Below, in pieces: positions 25,965 to 34,948 of a DNA stretch of 37,855 bases. Source of the stretch: an uncultured Pseudomonadota bacterium (GTDB lineage: Bacteria > UBA10199 > GCA-002796325 > CAYWXY01); assembly GCA_964462555.1 (NCBI GenBank), contig CAYWXY010000005.1, forward strand, positions 1 through 37,855, given 5' to 3'. Positions within the stretch are counted from its first letter, which is position 1. Each line of letters begins with the position of its first letter. Below the pieces are notes generated by a model, which saw nothing but the letters and a program-made list of their open reading frames with translations, ran no database searches and was not told the origin of the DNA. Both the position numbers and the translations under genes were made by a program.

Positions 25965-26414
25965 ATGAAACAGATTCAGATTGCGGTGATTGGGGCCTCT
26001 CGGGCCAAGGATGATCACTATTCGTTAGCTGAGGAGCTGGGCCGGGGGATTGCGGCAAATGGCTGGATTCTCTTAAATGGCGGTCTTTCGGGTGTGATGG
26101 AGGCTTCGGCAAAGGGGGCCTTTGAGGCTGGTGGAACGGTCGTCGGGATTCTCCCCACGGCCAACGCGGCGGATGCCAACCCTTATGTCTCCATTCCCAT
26201 CGTGACCAATATGGGGCACGCTCGAAATGTCGTTCTCGTTCAGTCGGCCGATGTTTGTGTGGCCGTCGGCGGTAAAGAGGGGACCCTTTCTGAGATTGCC
26301 ATTGCGCTTAAAATTGGCAAGGTGGTTATTGGGCTCGATAGTTGGGATGTTCCCGGTGTCCAATCGGTTCAATCGGTTGACGAAGTCCTTCAGATTCTCA
26401 AGGAGCAAGTATGA
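25965..26414 (+). CDS. TIGR00725 family / LOG-like Rossmann-fold protein
   Basis: Motifs IAVIG, GGLSGVMEASAKGA, VGILP, MGHARN and GTLSEIAIA. The ATG at 25965 is preferred over the TTG at 25959. Confidence 0.85.
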   Translation: MKQIQIAVIGASRAKDDHYSLAEELGRGIAANGWILLNGGLSGVMEASAKGAFEAGGTVVGILPTANAADANPYVSIPIVTNMGHARNVVLVQSADVCVAVGGKEGTLSEIAIALKIGKVVIGLDSWDVPGVQSVQSVDEVLQILKEQV

Positions 26415-28552
26415 AATATCTGGTCATTGTTTTCTCTATTCTCTCACTTATCATGTCCGCCAATGTTTCTATTGCTAAACCAAAGTCGGGTATTTCTCCG
26501 TCGGCGGTTGTGCAGTTGATTATTGATGGTGATTTTAAGCAGGCGGGAAAGGTTGCCACCAAGCTTGAGAAACGTCTGAAAAATATGGATGTGTCGAAGG
26601 CCAGCTTTGTTGTTGGCTATGTGAAATATCAGTTGGGAAAATATTCTGAAGCGGCGACCTATTTGGCTCAGGCATCAGAAAGTTTGCCGCTTGTTAAAGA
26701 CTATGTTGATCATTTTTTGGGGCTCAGTTGTTTAAAGAGTAATCAGGGTCAATGTGCTGTCGAGGCGTTTACTGATATTCGAAAGAACTTTAAGGAAAGT
26801 CCATGGTTCCGTTCGGCGGGATGGTATTTGGCGCAGTCGCTCTCCAAGGTGAAGAAATATGACGAGGCTTTGGCGGCTCTTAAGGATGTTGAGCCGGGTG
26901 GTCCTCAAATGCCAACTTTTTCGGAGATCGATCTTTTTAAGGCGGAGGTGATGGAGAAAAAGGGGAATGCGGCCAAGGCAGCAGCTCTATATAAGGCGGT
27001 CTATTTTAATGCCGAATCGAAATGGACAATGGATGCGGCCTTATCGAAGTTGGAGAACATGTCGACGCCCGTTGCAAAGGAAGCCCTGAATTTTATTAAG
27101 ACGGAGCCGGCGAAAATTCAGTTGGCCGAGCAGATGATCCGTCAATATCGCTATGTGGATGGAATGGCCCTCATTGAAGAGCTTTACCGGGCCAAGCCCG
27201 ATCGTCACTCTAAAGAGGTTTTAGCAAACGCCTATTTTAAGACCCGGAACTATCCGAAAGCCAAGGCGCTATACGAAGAGCTGGTTCGTTCAGCAAAGGG
27301 TGGGGCCGGCCCCTACTATATGAAGCTTGCGAAATCGGCAGCGAGGTCGAACGATTTTGAAACGGCAATTAATGTTTATAAAAAATTACTTAAGGGCTCC
27401 AAGAAGTCGGATACGTATCGTTATAAGCTCGGTTTTCTATACATGGATGCAAATCAGTATGAAAAGGCGGTGAAGGTTTTTGGAGATTTGTTAAAGGCCA
27501 AGTATCGCGGTCGTTGGCGGAAAAAGATTCTCTGGAATATGGCCTGGTCACTCTATAAATTGGAAAGATATGAAGAGGCCATTGACTATTTTCGCCAGTA
27601 TGAGCAGGGCGGTTTTGGGAGGGGTGAGACTTTTCGTGCACAATATTGGACGGCCCAGGCCTTTGAAAAACAGGGACTTCAAGATCAGGCCCTAGTTCTC
27701 TTCACACAGCTCGTAACGAAAGACCGCTTTGGTTATTATGGCTTTATTGCGGCTCGTGCCATGGGTGGGGATGAAAAAATTCCGAACAGTTGGAAGATTT
27801 TTTCGAGTGACCCACTTCCGAGGGATACGGGGGAGGCAATGTTGCCGCTGGGGCTGGATCGTGCCAAGCTTCTATCGGACCTAGGACTCAGAGAGCTGGC
27901 GGCGATGGAGATCAATCGTTTTAACCAGGGTCAGCTTGGTGGTGAACTAACCGTGATTTCGTTTATGCGCTTCGCTCGCAAGAATAACGCCTGGCGTGCG
28001 GCTCACGTCGCGTCGATCGGACGATTTAAGGACCTTCTCTATCAATATCCCAATCAGCATGGACTTCGCTTTTTTGTCTGGGAAAATTGGTATCCGGAGG
28101 CCTTTGGTGAATTTGTAGAGCTCTATGCCAAGCAATCTGGTGTGGATCCAAGATTGGCCTATTCGATCATGCGGGAGGAATCTCGTTTTCAGGTCGATGT
28201 GGTTTCAAAGGCTGATGCTATTGGTCTGATGCAGATTATTCCACCAACGGCTCGGCATTTGGCGAATGAACTTGCAATATCTGACTTTGATGTTCGGTCT
28301 CTCTATCAGCCCGAGATCAATATTAAATTAGGAGTAAAGTACCTCAGTGACTTAAGTGAAATGTTTGAGGGGAACAAGATATATGTGATCCCGAGTTACA
28401 ATGCGGGTGAAGACGCGGTTGGTCGTTGGGTTAAGGCTTCGGATGCCTCGAACCCCGAGGAATTTATCGAAGAGATTCCCTATGACGAGACCAATGGGTA
28501 TATTAAGCGTGTCTTGAAGAGTTATTGGATCTATCAGCAGCTCTATCGTTAG
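26411..28552 (+). CDS. Soluble lytic murein transglycosylase (Slt70-like) with TPR repeats
   Basis: Signal peptide, TPR array, SLT motifs IMREESRF, AIGLMQIIP, SYNAG and EEIPYDET. Confidence 0.9.
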   Translation: MKYLVIVFSILSLIMSANVSIAKPKSGISPSAVVQLIIDGDFKQAGKVATKLEKRLKNMDVSKASFVVGYVKYQLGKYSEAATYLAQASESLPLVKDYVDHFLGLSCLKSNQGQCAVEAFTDIRKNFKESPWFRSAGWYLAQSLSKVKKYDEALAALKDVEPGGPQMPTFSEIDLFKAEVMEKKGNAAKAAALYKAVYFNAESKWTMDAALSKLENMSTPVAKEALNFIKTEPAKIQLAEQMIRQYRYVDGMALIEELYRAKPDRHSKEVLANAYFKTRNYPKAKALYEELVRSAKGGAGPYYMKLAKSAARSNDFETAINVYKKLLKGSKKSDTYRYKLGFLYMDANQYEKAVKVFGDLLKAKYRGRWRKKILWNMAWSLYKLERYEEAIDYFRQYEQGGFGRGETFRAQYWTAQAFEKQGLQDQALVLFTQLVTKDRFGYYGFIAARAMGGDEKIPNSWKIFSSDPLPRDTGEAMLPLGLDRAKLLSDLGLRELAAMEINRFNQGQLGGELTVISFMRFARKNNAWRAAHVASIGRFKDLLYQYPNQHGLRFFVWENWYPEAFGEFVELYAKQSGVDPRLAYSIMREESRFQVDVVSKADAIGLMQIIPPTARHLANELAISDFDVRSLYQPEINIKLGVKYLSDLSEMFEGNKIYVIPSYNAGEDAVGRWVKASDASNPEEFIEEIPYDETNGYIKRVLKSYWIYQQLYR

Positions 28553-28558
28553 CCAAAA

Positions 28559-29224
28559 TTATAATTCATCATGATAATCGAGTTTGTCTATTGGGACAAT
28601 CACGCTGGTCGCAATGTTGTCTAGGTGGGCAGCAATTCGCTTGAAAAAGCGGAAAAGAAGGGCGATGGCCACGTTGTCTTTCTTGTCCGTTTTTTCCATC
28701 ATTTCCCATGCAATTCGGTCGCACTCTTTTTCACTTTCATAGGCCTTTTCACGTGTGATCTGGGCATGTTTGGCATCGGTATTGTCAAAGGCGATCTTTG
28801 TTTCATCAAACCACTTGAGAATGTCGCCGCGCATTATTTTAAGAGTCTCGAAATAGTTATCCTTTTCAAAATCGTGATATCTCTCGGCCACCTCCATGAT
28901 ATTTTTAGCGTAATCTCCAAGGCGTTCGGCATCTTTTACAAGGCTCATAAGAAGGAGGCAGGGGAGGGTGTCTTTCGAACCCTTCACGGTAATGTGCAGG
29001 ACGATATCTCGGCGAATCGATTGTTGTAGGGCGTTGATCCGACCATCCCATTTGACGAGTTCCCGAGACTCCGCATTAAGGTCGTCTGAGGGTGAAAAGA
29101 CATTGTTCGTTGCCTTTTCAAACATCTCTTTTGCGATGATCATCATGTCGTCGAACTTGGAAAAGATGTTCTTTAATCCTGAATCACCTTTCCAAAAATT
29201 GATCAGTTGTTGAAATATCATCAT
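28559..29224 (-). CDS. PhoU-domain phosphate uptake regulator
   Basis: Two PhoU-like helical repeats (KDAERLGDYAKNI; KRIAAHLDNIA). Directly downstream of the Na/Pi cotransporter. The start may be the second ATG (29221). Confidence 0.8.
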   Translation of the reverse strand: MMIFQQLINFWKGDSGLKNIFSKFDDMMIIAKEMFEKATNNVFSPSDDLNAESRELVKWDGRINALQQSIRRDIVLHITVKGSKDTLPCLLLMSLVKDAERLGDYAKNIMEVAERYHDFEKDNYFETLKIMRGDILKWFDETKIAFDNTDAKHAQITREKAYESEKECDRIAWEMMEKTDKKDNVAIALLFRFFKRIAAHLDNIATSVIVPIDKLDYHDEL

Positions 29225-29234
29225 TAACTCCTTT

Positions 29235-30374
29235 CTACTTGAAGAGAGCCTTCGTAATAAAAATTAGAAGTAAAGGAACGCCAAAAAAGGCAGCACCGAT
29301 AAAAATAAAAGCCACTTTCTTGTTCTTAACCGACGTTGCGGCGAGCCACCTGGCCATTCGAAGCGGAATTTTCCGAATAGCTGGGATTGGATAGAAAACA
29401 ACAGCGCCAGAGATATTGAAGAGCATGTGGACGAAAGCGATCGTAAGACCCGCCTTGTTCCCGGCCAGGGCCGCAATGAGTGCCGTGATTGTTGTCCCGA
29501 TGTTGGCACCGATGGTTAGCGGAAAGGCATGTTCAAGCGTGATGATGCCGGCACCCAGGAGTGGAACCAGGAGAGATGTTGTGATGGAGCTGGATTGAAT
29601 GACTGCCGTCACTGCTATGCCAATTAGGATCGTCAAGAGGGCGTGCGTGGAAAAAACTTTATGCAGAACCGACTCCAACTTTGATGCCACCAATCCCCGC
29701 ATGATCTTAACCATGTATGTTAAGGCGATAAAGATGAAGATAAATGCGATGACAATGGAGAGGATGCCCGTTACAACGTCGGACAAGTGTGCCTGATCGA
29801 GCATGATGTGGTGTATCTCGTTGACGATCGGTTTAATAATAACCTTGATGGGACTACCAAATCCGCTGGCACTCGATCCATAAAATAAATCGGCCAATAA
29901 TCCGGCACTTTTTGCCAGCCAGCCGGTGGCCATCTCTAGAGGAAGAAAGAGGGCGACGGCTAAGAGATTAAAAAAATCGTGGACTGTGGCGCCCGCAAAT
30001 GCCCGTTCAAACTCATCGTTTCTGGAGATGTGACCCACAGAGACGAGGGCATTGGTGACAGTCGTTCCAATATTGGCGCCCATAATAATGGGGACAGCAC
30101 TGGCAATGCTTAGTGCGCCACCGGAGACCATAGCAACAACCATTGAGGTTGTTGCCGATGAGCTTTGAATAATGGATGTTGCCAAGAGTCCGATCAGTAG
30201 GCCGGTGAAGGGATTGGATGTTGTCTTGATTAGGCTCTCCGCAAAACCTTTGCCGAGGAGTTTGAACGATCCACCCATCAGTGAGATGGCGACGAGAAAT
30301 AGATAAAGGAGTCCGATGAAGAAAAGAATCCTGACGAGCTTTTTAAGAACGTGTAATCCCCGATTCGATTCCAT
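29235..30374 (-). CDS. Na/Pi cotransporter (NptA/SLC34 family)
   Basis: Two QSSS motifs, each followed by GANIGTT. Confidence 0.9.
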   Translation of the reverse strand: MESNRGLHVLKKLVRILFFIGLLYLFLVAISLMGGSFKLLGKGFAESLIKTTSNPFTGLLIGLLATSIIQSSSATTSMVVAMVSGGALSIASAVPIIMGANIGTTVTNALVSVGHISRNDEFERAFAGATVHDFFNLLAVALFLPLEMATGWLAKSAGLLADLFYGSSASGFGSPIKVIIKPIVNEIHHIMLDQAHLSDVVTGILSIVIAFIFIFIALTYMVKIMRGLVASKLESVLHKVFSTHALLTILIGIAVTAVIQSSSITTSLLVPLLGAGIITLEHAFPLTIGANIGTTITALIAALAGNKAGLTIAFVHMLFNISGAVVFYPIPAIRKIPLRMARWLAATSVKNKKVAFIFIGAAFFGVPLLLIFITKALFK

Positions 30375-30391
30375 TTAGATTCCCCTGATTG

Positions 30392-31195
30392 TTAACAGCC
30401 AGCTGTGCATTCGCAGGTTGGAACCGTGCTAACAGTAAAGGTTGTGTCTGTTTCTGACGCTGAGCTTGCTGGGACTGCCAACGTTGCTGTGCCTCCAGTA
30501 CAGGAATAGGTTTCTCCGGTGTAGGTCACGGTGGCGGCGACGCTCGTCAGCGTTGAGTTGATCGTTGTTCCGCTCAGGGCTGACGTTGGTGCCCAATCGG
30601 CAAATGTGATTGTTCCCGCCGAGGCGTCCGTCAGTGTCACATTGACGTCGGTTCCATCATAATTACTTCCGGTGACGTCGGCGGCAGTCACTGTGATTCC
30701 TCCTCCAGTACTATCAATGGTTACAGAACCACTTAATGATCCGGCAATGGTGTCACCACTAGCACTGCCAATTTCAATAGCGGCGTAAGTTCCACCGGCG
30801 GGTACTGTGATCGAAGTGATCGTGCTTGTATGGTCGAGTGGAACAGTGGGAGAAACTGTCAGGGTTCCACCCGTCTCTGAGGCTCCGGTCAATGTGTGGT
30901 CGTCGGTACCGGTGATTGTTGCCTGATCGTCACCGCCCTCAAAGGCGGTCGCGTAGGTAATGGTGAAGTTGAGTGAACCATCTGTTGTTCCGCTCTCTTC
31001 AAATTGTTCGATGGCATCGCCGAGTGCGCCGCTGGACGCTGCGCCATGTGCGAGAAGGGCCGCATAGAGTGCTCCCGCCATGATCTGCTGGGCCTCGGTG
31101 TAGTGGTCGCCGGTTCCGCCGCCACCACCACCACCGCCGCAGGAGAGTGTGGTCGTGAGTGTTAATGCTATGAGTAGTGCTAGAGTCTTTTTCAT
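30392..31195 (-). CDS. Hypothetical Thr/Gly/Ser-rich lipoprotein
   Basis: Lipobox TLSC followed by Gly8. AGGAG RBS. Beta-rich composition with C-terminal cysteines. Confidence 0.7.
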   Translation of the reverse strand: MKKTLALLIALTLTTTLSCGGGGGGGGTGDHYTEAQQIMAGALYAALLAHGAASSGALGDAIEQFEESGTTDGSLNFTITYATAFEGGDDQATITGTDDHTLTGASETGGTLTVSPTVPLDHTSTITSITVPAGGTYAAIEIGSASGDTIAGSLSGSVTIDSTGGGITVTAADVTGSNYDGTDVNVTLTDASAGTITFADWAPTSALSGTTINSTLTSVAATVTYTGETYSCTGGTATLAVPASSASETDTTFTVSTVPTCECTAGC

Positions 31196-31205
31196 AAATT
31201 TCTCC

Positions 31206-31976
31206 TTATCTGCCGATAATATATTTGTGTGGATCGACCTTTTCCCTGAGTATTGTTAGGTGTTCGGCATCTGGTTCTTCGGTTGTCTCCAGGTTTTTCT
31301 TCACTAGGACATCAAATCCGGTATTGTCTTTGACCTCTTCAATCGTGATCCCCGGGTGGAGCATCTCGACTTCCATTTGACGATCGGGATTATCAAAACC
31401 CATAACGCAAAGATTCGTGATGATTTTATATGGGCCGGAACCCTCCGGCAAGCCAGCGTCATACCTGGATTTGCCGCCGTTCAGGTATCCTGGCGATGTA
31501 ATAAAATCAACCTTTTCAACGAGACGTCTCTTTTCGTGCGGTGTCAGGATGATCATTCGCCAACAGTTGGTTGCTAGATCGTTGGCGCCACCGGAGCCGG
31601 GAAGGCGAACCTTGGGGTGATGGTAATCGTCACCAATCATTGTGGAATTGAGGTTTCCATATTTATCGATCTGTGCGCCACCCAGAAACGCGTAGTCGAC
31701 CATTCCACGTGCGGCGAGTGACATTGTTTCTGTCATTGATGAGGCCATGAGACCACGCCAGTGTGTTCGGGAATCACCAACCGAGACCGGCATCGTCGGA
31801 AGCTCAGGTGCGATGCCACCGGCTTCGAAGAGGGTCAGTAGCTCGGGTGATGTGGTCTTTTGGGCCAGCATGGTGGCGGCGCAGGGGGCCCCTGTGCCAA
31901 CGACCACAGACGAACCATTTTCAAGGTAGCGGGCTGCTACCGTAATCATTAATTCCATTGGATTATAATCAGCCAT
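31206..31976 (-). CDS. Family I CoA-transferase beta subunit (glutaconate CoA-transferase GctB-like)
   Basis: Motifs VGTG, LFEAGG (catalytic Glu position), FLGGAQIDKYGNLN, RLPGSGGA and VDFITSPG. Confidence 0.85.
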   Translation of the reverse strand: MADYNPMELMITVAARYLENGSSVVVGTGAPCAATMLAQKTTSPELLTLFEAGGIAPELPTMPVSVGDSRTHWRGLMASSMTETMSLAARGMVDYAFLGGAQIDKYGNLNSTMIGDDYHHPKVRLPGSGGANDLATNCWRMIILTPHEKRRLVEKVDFITSPGYLNGGKSRYDAGLPEGSGPYKIITNLCVMGFDNPDRQMEVEMLHPGITIEEVKDNTGFDVLVKKNLETTEEPDAEHLTILREKVDPHKYIIGR

Positions 31977-32001
31977 AACATTCCTCCAGCTTCAGCCATT
32001 T

Positions 32002-32991
32002 CTAGTCGTTTGTTCCGATCATTAATTCTTGGCGACGGAGTTCCTGCATGCGAACGATACCCCCACGCTTTTTGATATACTCACCAAAATCTGCGACGCC
32101 CAAAATATTGTCGTGAATAAATGTTTTAAAGGCCTCTGGATCCTTTTCGATCGTCAGCCATTCTCTGAGATGTTCTTCATCGGAGAAATATTCGTAAGGC
32201 ATGTTCCCCGGGTAACTACCAAAAGGAACCTCGACGACGGCATCAGCACAGTGGTACGGGATCATTACCTGGTGCGGGTCGTTTCGGAATTTGTCGGTAT
32301 GGACCAAACGTTCGCAGCTGATGATCGTATGTTTGGCCGCACGCGCTAGATCCTCATCCGCGATTGAAACGCCACGGATGACGGCGTTACCGTAGATGTC
32401 GGCTTCATGCACGTGAATGATAGCAACTTCAGGGTAGAGTGCCGGGAAGGTGGCGAACTTTTTCTTTGTGTAGGGGCACTCAATGGTATGACTTGCGCTA
32501 TGTTGAAAAGAATCGGCGCCGAGGCTCTGGCGTCCGATGATAAATGGAACGCCGAGGGCTGCTGCCTTGAAACGCCAAGCCATTCCGGCGTTGGTCCATT
32601 CGCAAAACTGGACTTTTCCGCTCTCCATATATTTTCGTGCGTTTTTTGAGACACCACGCGCCTCAAGACCGATGACGTAGGCAATATCACAGCGATCAAA
32701 ACATTCACCGGCTGCCAAAATTTGAAAGTCGTGAGTCGCGGTATGTCCAGAAAGACCGAGTTTCTTTTTCCCCTGTCTTAAAATTTCGTGCATGATGGCC
32801 ACTGGAACGCGAACGCCACCAAAACCACCGATGGCAATGTAGGTGCCGTCGGGGATGAATTTCGAGACAGCGTCTTTTACGGACATCGTTTTGTCGATCA
32901 GTGCGCGACTCTTTTTCTTGAAATGTGCCCGCGCTTTATCTGGATCGGGATCCATAAAGAGTGGGCCCTCACCTTTTTTGATTGTCTTCAT
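32002..32991 (-). CDS. Family I CoA-transferase alpha subunit (GctA-like)
   Basis: Motifs IAIGGF, AAALGVPF, CPYT, IHVHEADIYGN and VVEVPFGSYP. Confidence 0.85.
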   Translation of the reverse strand: MKTIKKGEGPLFMDPDPDKARAHFKKKSRALIDKTMSVKDAVSKFIPDGTYIAIGGFGGVRVPVAIMHEILRQGKKKLGLSGHTATHDFQILAAGECFDRCDIAYVIGLEARGVSKNARKYMESGKVQFCEWTNAGMAWRFKAAALGVPFIIGRQSLGADSFQHSASHTIECPYTKKKFATFPALYPEVAIIHVHEADIYGNAVIRGVSIADEDLARAAKHTIISCERLVHTDKFRNDPHQVMIPYHCADAVVEVPFGSYPGNMPYEYFSDEEHLREWLTIEKDPEAFKTFIHDNILGVADFGEYIKKRGGIVRMQELRRQELMIGTND

Positions 32992-33050
32992 AGATGAATT
33001 CCTCCTGAACGTCGATTTTTATAGGGGAATATGGTGGAAGACAAGGGCAA

Positions 33051-33081
33051 AATACTAAAATAGCCGGCGCTTGAGGCCGGC
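33051..33081 (-). terminator. Probable Rho-independent terminator of the 33115-33744 gene
   Basis: Minus strand GCCGGC-N7-GCCGGC followed by TATTTTAGTATT. Confidence 0.55.
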
Positions 33082-33114
33082 AGCTAGATCGTCAGGATTG
33101 TTGTTTCGGCAAGG

Positions 33115-33744
33115 TTACCATCCCCAGAAATGGGTTTCATACTGGGGGCGTTCGAGCCCTTGGCTATCATTGGGAATATTTTTTTGTGAGGGCTTGGCAC
33201 TGTTTAGACGATCGGATAACTCACGATCTTTAATTGTAAAGACCATGGTATCCGTGGCCGATTCGGGTAGCTTGGCCACCTCCGAAAGTGGCTTGGCTCC
33301 ACGAAGCACTTCGCGGCGGAACTCTTCCAGCGCAGTTCTCGGGAGTGAAGCCTCCACGGCACTGAGTGCGATATCGAGTTCCAGCATCGAAATGCGGATA
33401 CTGGCCTGTTCTTGCTGGTTCATTTCGTCGACCTCGTTCCAATTTTTATTCACCAGTGTCGTGATCGGTGAGTAGAGTTGATTGTGTGAGACGCCGGCCC
33501 GCTTGCTTCTCTGCCAGAGGACGTCTGAACTTGAGAGTTTCTTTAGGAAGTCCTTAAATGTGAGAGATCCGGCCGTGGTGTCGACATATTGTTTGAACCA
33601 TTGGCTGAGCGTGGCATCTGACTCCATGAAGTTGTTGACCGGCTGGTATTTAGCGCTGGTGAGACGATTGTTTCTCTGTGCCTCAGCGATGGCTCCGGTG
33701 AATGCGATGATTCCTATGATGGCGATTGTGATTAGCTTTTTCAT
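33115..33744 (-). CDS. Hypothetical secreted protein (209 aa)
   Basis: Signal peptide ending AEA, GAGGAGG RBS and a sigma54 promoter upstream. No recognisable family. Confidence 0.75.
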   Translation of the reverse strand: MKKLITIAIIGIIAFTGAIAEAQRNNRLTSAKYQPVNNFMESDATLSQWFKQYVDTTAGSLTFKDFLKKLSSSDVLWQRSKRAGVSHNQLYSPITTLVNKNWNEVDEMNQQEQASIRISMLELDIALSAVEASLPRTALEEFRREVLRGAKPLSEVAKLPESATDTMVFTIKDRELSDRLNSAKPSQKNIPNDSQGLERPQYETHFWGW

Positions 33745-33771
33745 GACCGACCCTCCTCGCCCATTAGTAAG

Positions 33772-33788
33772 AGCAAGGGTCGTGCCAA
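33772..33788 (-). promoter_or_regulatory. Sigma54 promoter
   Basis: Minus strand TTGGCACGACCCTTGCT, near-perfect consensus with GG-N10-GC. Confidence 0.85.
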
Positions 33789-33899
33789 ATATGCGTCAAA
33801 AAAAGAGATAATTAGCGCTTATTTTCTAATGGGTTAAGGGTGGTTCGGATGTTATCGGACATTGCCATATCAATAAAATGATAATTGGTCTCTCTCTGT

Positions 33900-33913
33900 G
33901 TCAATTTGTTGAC
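33900..33913. promoter_or_regulatory. Candidate enhancer-binding-protein site (palindrome)
   Basis: GTCAA-TTTG-TTGAC about 115-130 nt upstream of the sigma54 -24 box. Confidence 0.35.
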
Positions 33914-33914
33914 G

Positions 33915-34061
33915 TTACTTATAGAGGATTTCGATGAAGCAATGGGTGTGTGTCGAGAAACATTTTAGGATGAGTTTAACGTAACTACAGAGGCCAAATA
34001 GGGAAATGACGGTTATCGGGTGAAGCAGAATGTCTTTTGTTGTGATTGATCCTCGTATCAT
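33915..34061 (-). CDS. Small protein, 48 aa, not in the ORF track: MIRGSITTKDILLHPITVISLFGLCSYVKLILKCFSTHTHCFIEILYK
   Basis: Hand translation. GAGGTG RBS 5 nt before the ATG, with its own sigma54 promoter immediately upstream. Confidence 0.7.
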   Translation of the reverse strand: MIRGSITTKDILLHPITVISLFGLCSYVKLILKCFSTHTHCFIEILYK

Positions 34062-34083
34062 GTTGTCACCTCACTTATTAGTT

Positions 34084-34101
34084 TTGCATAACCTGTGCCA
34101 A
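34084..34101 (-). promoter_or_regulatory. Sigma54 promoter
   Basis: Minus strand TTGGCACAGGTTATGCAA with GG-N10-GC. A near-IHF site lies at 34147-34159. Confidence 0.75.
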
Positions 34102-34239
34102 AAACAGGGAAAAGTATAAAAATTAGGATTTGAATTTATCTAATGATATTAAATAGTTATGCTTTTTTCAGCGGAGTTCACAATGAGAGGTCGAAAAAAG
34201 TGGGAAGACGACTACCCAATTTGGGGGGAATGAGGGACG

Positions 34240-34713
34240 CTACTTGTATTCGATGTCTAGAATCTCGAGCTCCCGGAGACCCTTTGGTGTCTTGACTTTG
34301 ACGGTGTCGCCAATTTCTTTTCCAATGAGGGCGCGGGCGATTGGGGATTCGATCGAGATTTTTCCTGCGTTGATATCCGATTCGGAGGTTCCGACGATCT
34401 GATATGTTCTCTCTTCTCCGCTATCGATGTCGTCGAGTTTGACAGTAGCGCCAAAGACGACTTTGTCGTGATCGAGCGTTGCCGGGTCGATGACTTGGGC
34501 CAGTGAGAGGTCATTTTCGATCCGTTTCATTTCATCGTTGAGCTGGGCCTGGTGTTCCTTTGCGGCATCGTAGTCGGCGTTTTCACTCAGATCGCCGTGG
34601 CCACGGGCGACTTCAATGGCCTCGATCGATTTCGGGCGCTCAACCGATTTGAGATGTTTTAGACGTTCCTGAAGCCTTCTAAAGCCAGCGGGTGTCATTG
34701 GAACCTTACTCAT
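34240..34713 (-). CDS. greA: Transcription elongation factor GreA
   Basis: Motifs HGDLSENADYDAAK, VVFGATV and ISIESPIARALIGK. AGGAGG RBS before ATG 34713. Confidence 0.95.
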   Translation of the reverse strand: MSKVPMTPAGFRRLQERLKHLKSVERPKSIEAIEVARGHGDLSENADYDAAKEHQAQLNDEMKRIENDLSLAQVIDPATLDHDKVVFGATVKLDDIDSGEERTYQIVGTSESDINAGKISIESPIARALIGKEIGDTVKVKTPKGLRELEILDIEYK

Positions 34714-34724
34714 CAAAACCTCCT

Positions 34725-34760
34725 AAAAAGAGATGCAGCCCCTTTCGGCGGCTGCTCCCC
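34725..34760 (-). terminator. Terminator-like hairpin in greA 5' leader (candidate attenuator)
   Basis: Minus strand GCAGCC-G-CC-GAAA-GG-GGCTGC-ATCTC-TTTTT directly followed by the greA RBS. Confidence 0.55.
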
Positions 34761-34798
34761 AAACCATATGGGAATGGGGCTTGAGGGTCAATATAAAA

Positions 34799-34890
34799 TT
34801 CGGTGGCGGTTTCGATGCTCGTATCGTCAGTCGTTATATGGTTACGCAACCCAAACCGTGGCCGAAACGAGCATCGATACCTAAACCGAA
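34799..34890. repeat. Full palindromic copy of hexamer-periodic repeat
   Basis: Arms CGATGCTCGTATCG (34813-34826) and CGAAACGAGCATCG (34863-34876). Confidence 0.75.
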
Positions 34891-34948
34891 AGACGAATAT
34901 ATTTGTACAAATATAGAGTATATGTTTAAAAAAGTCGGAGGAGGATTT

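Noticed and set aside
31212-31219. Perfect GCCGATAA (also at ~5314 and ~16633)
   Set aside because: All lie inside coding sequence without the GCAAC box, and the 31212 copy points away from the adjacent gene start.
33852-33880. TCCGATAA on the minus strand upstream of the 209-aa gene as another sigma28-like promoter
   Set aside because: No GCAAC box at the expected distance, and a near-perfect sigma54 promoter already explains the gene.
34733-34948. 72-aa N-terminal extension of the MBL hydrolase
   Set aside because: It runs through the greA leader hairpin and a repeat element. A strong RBS precedes ATG 34949.
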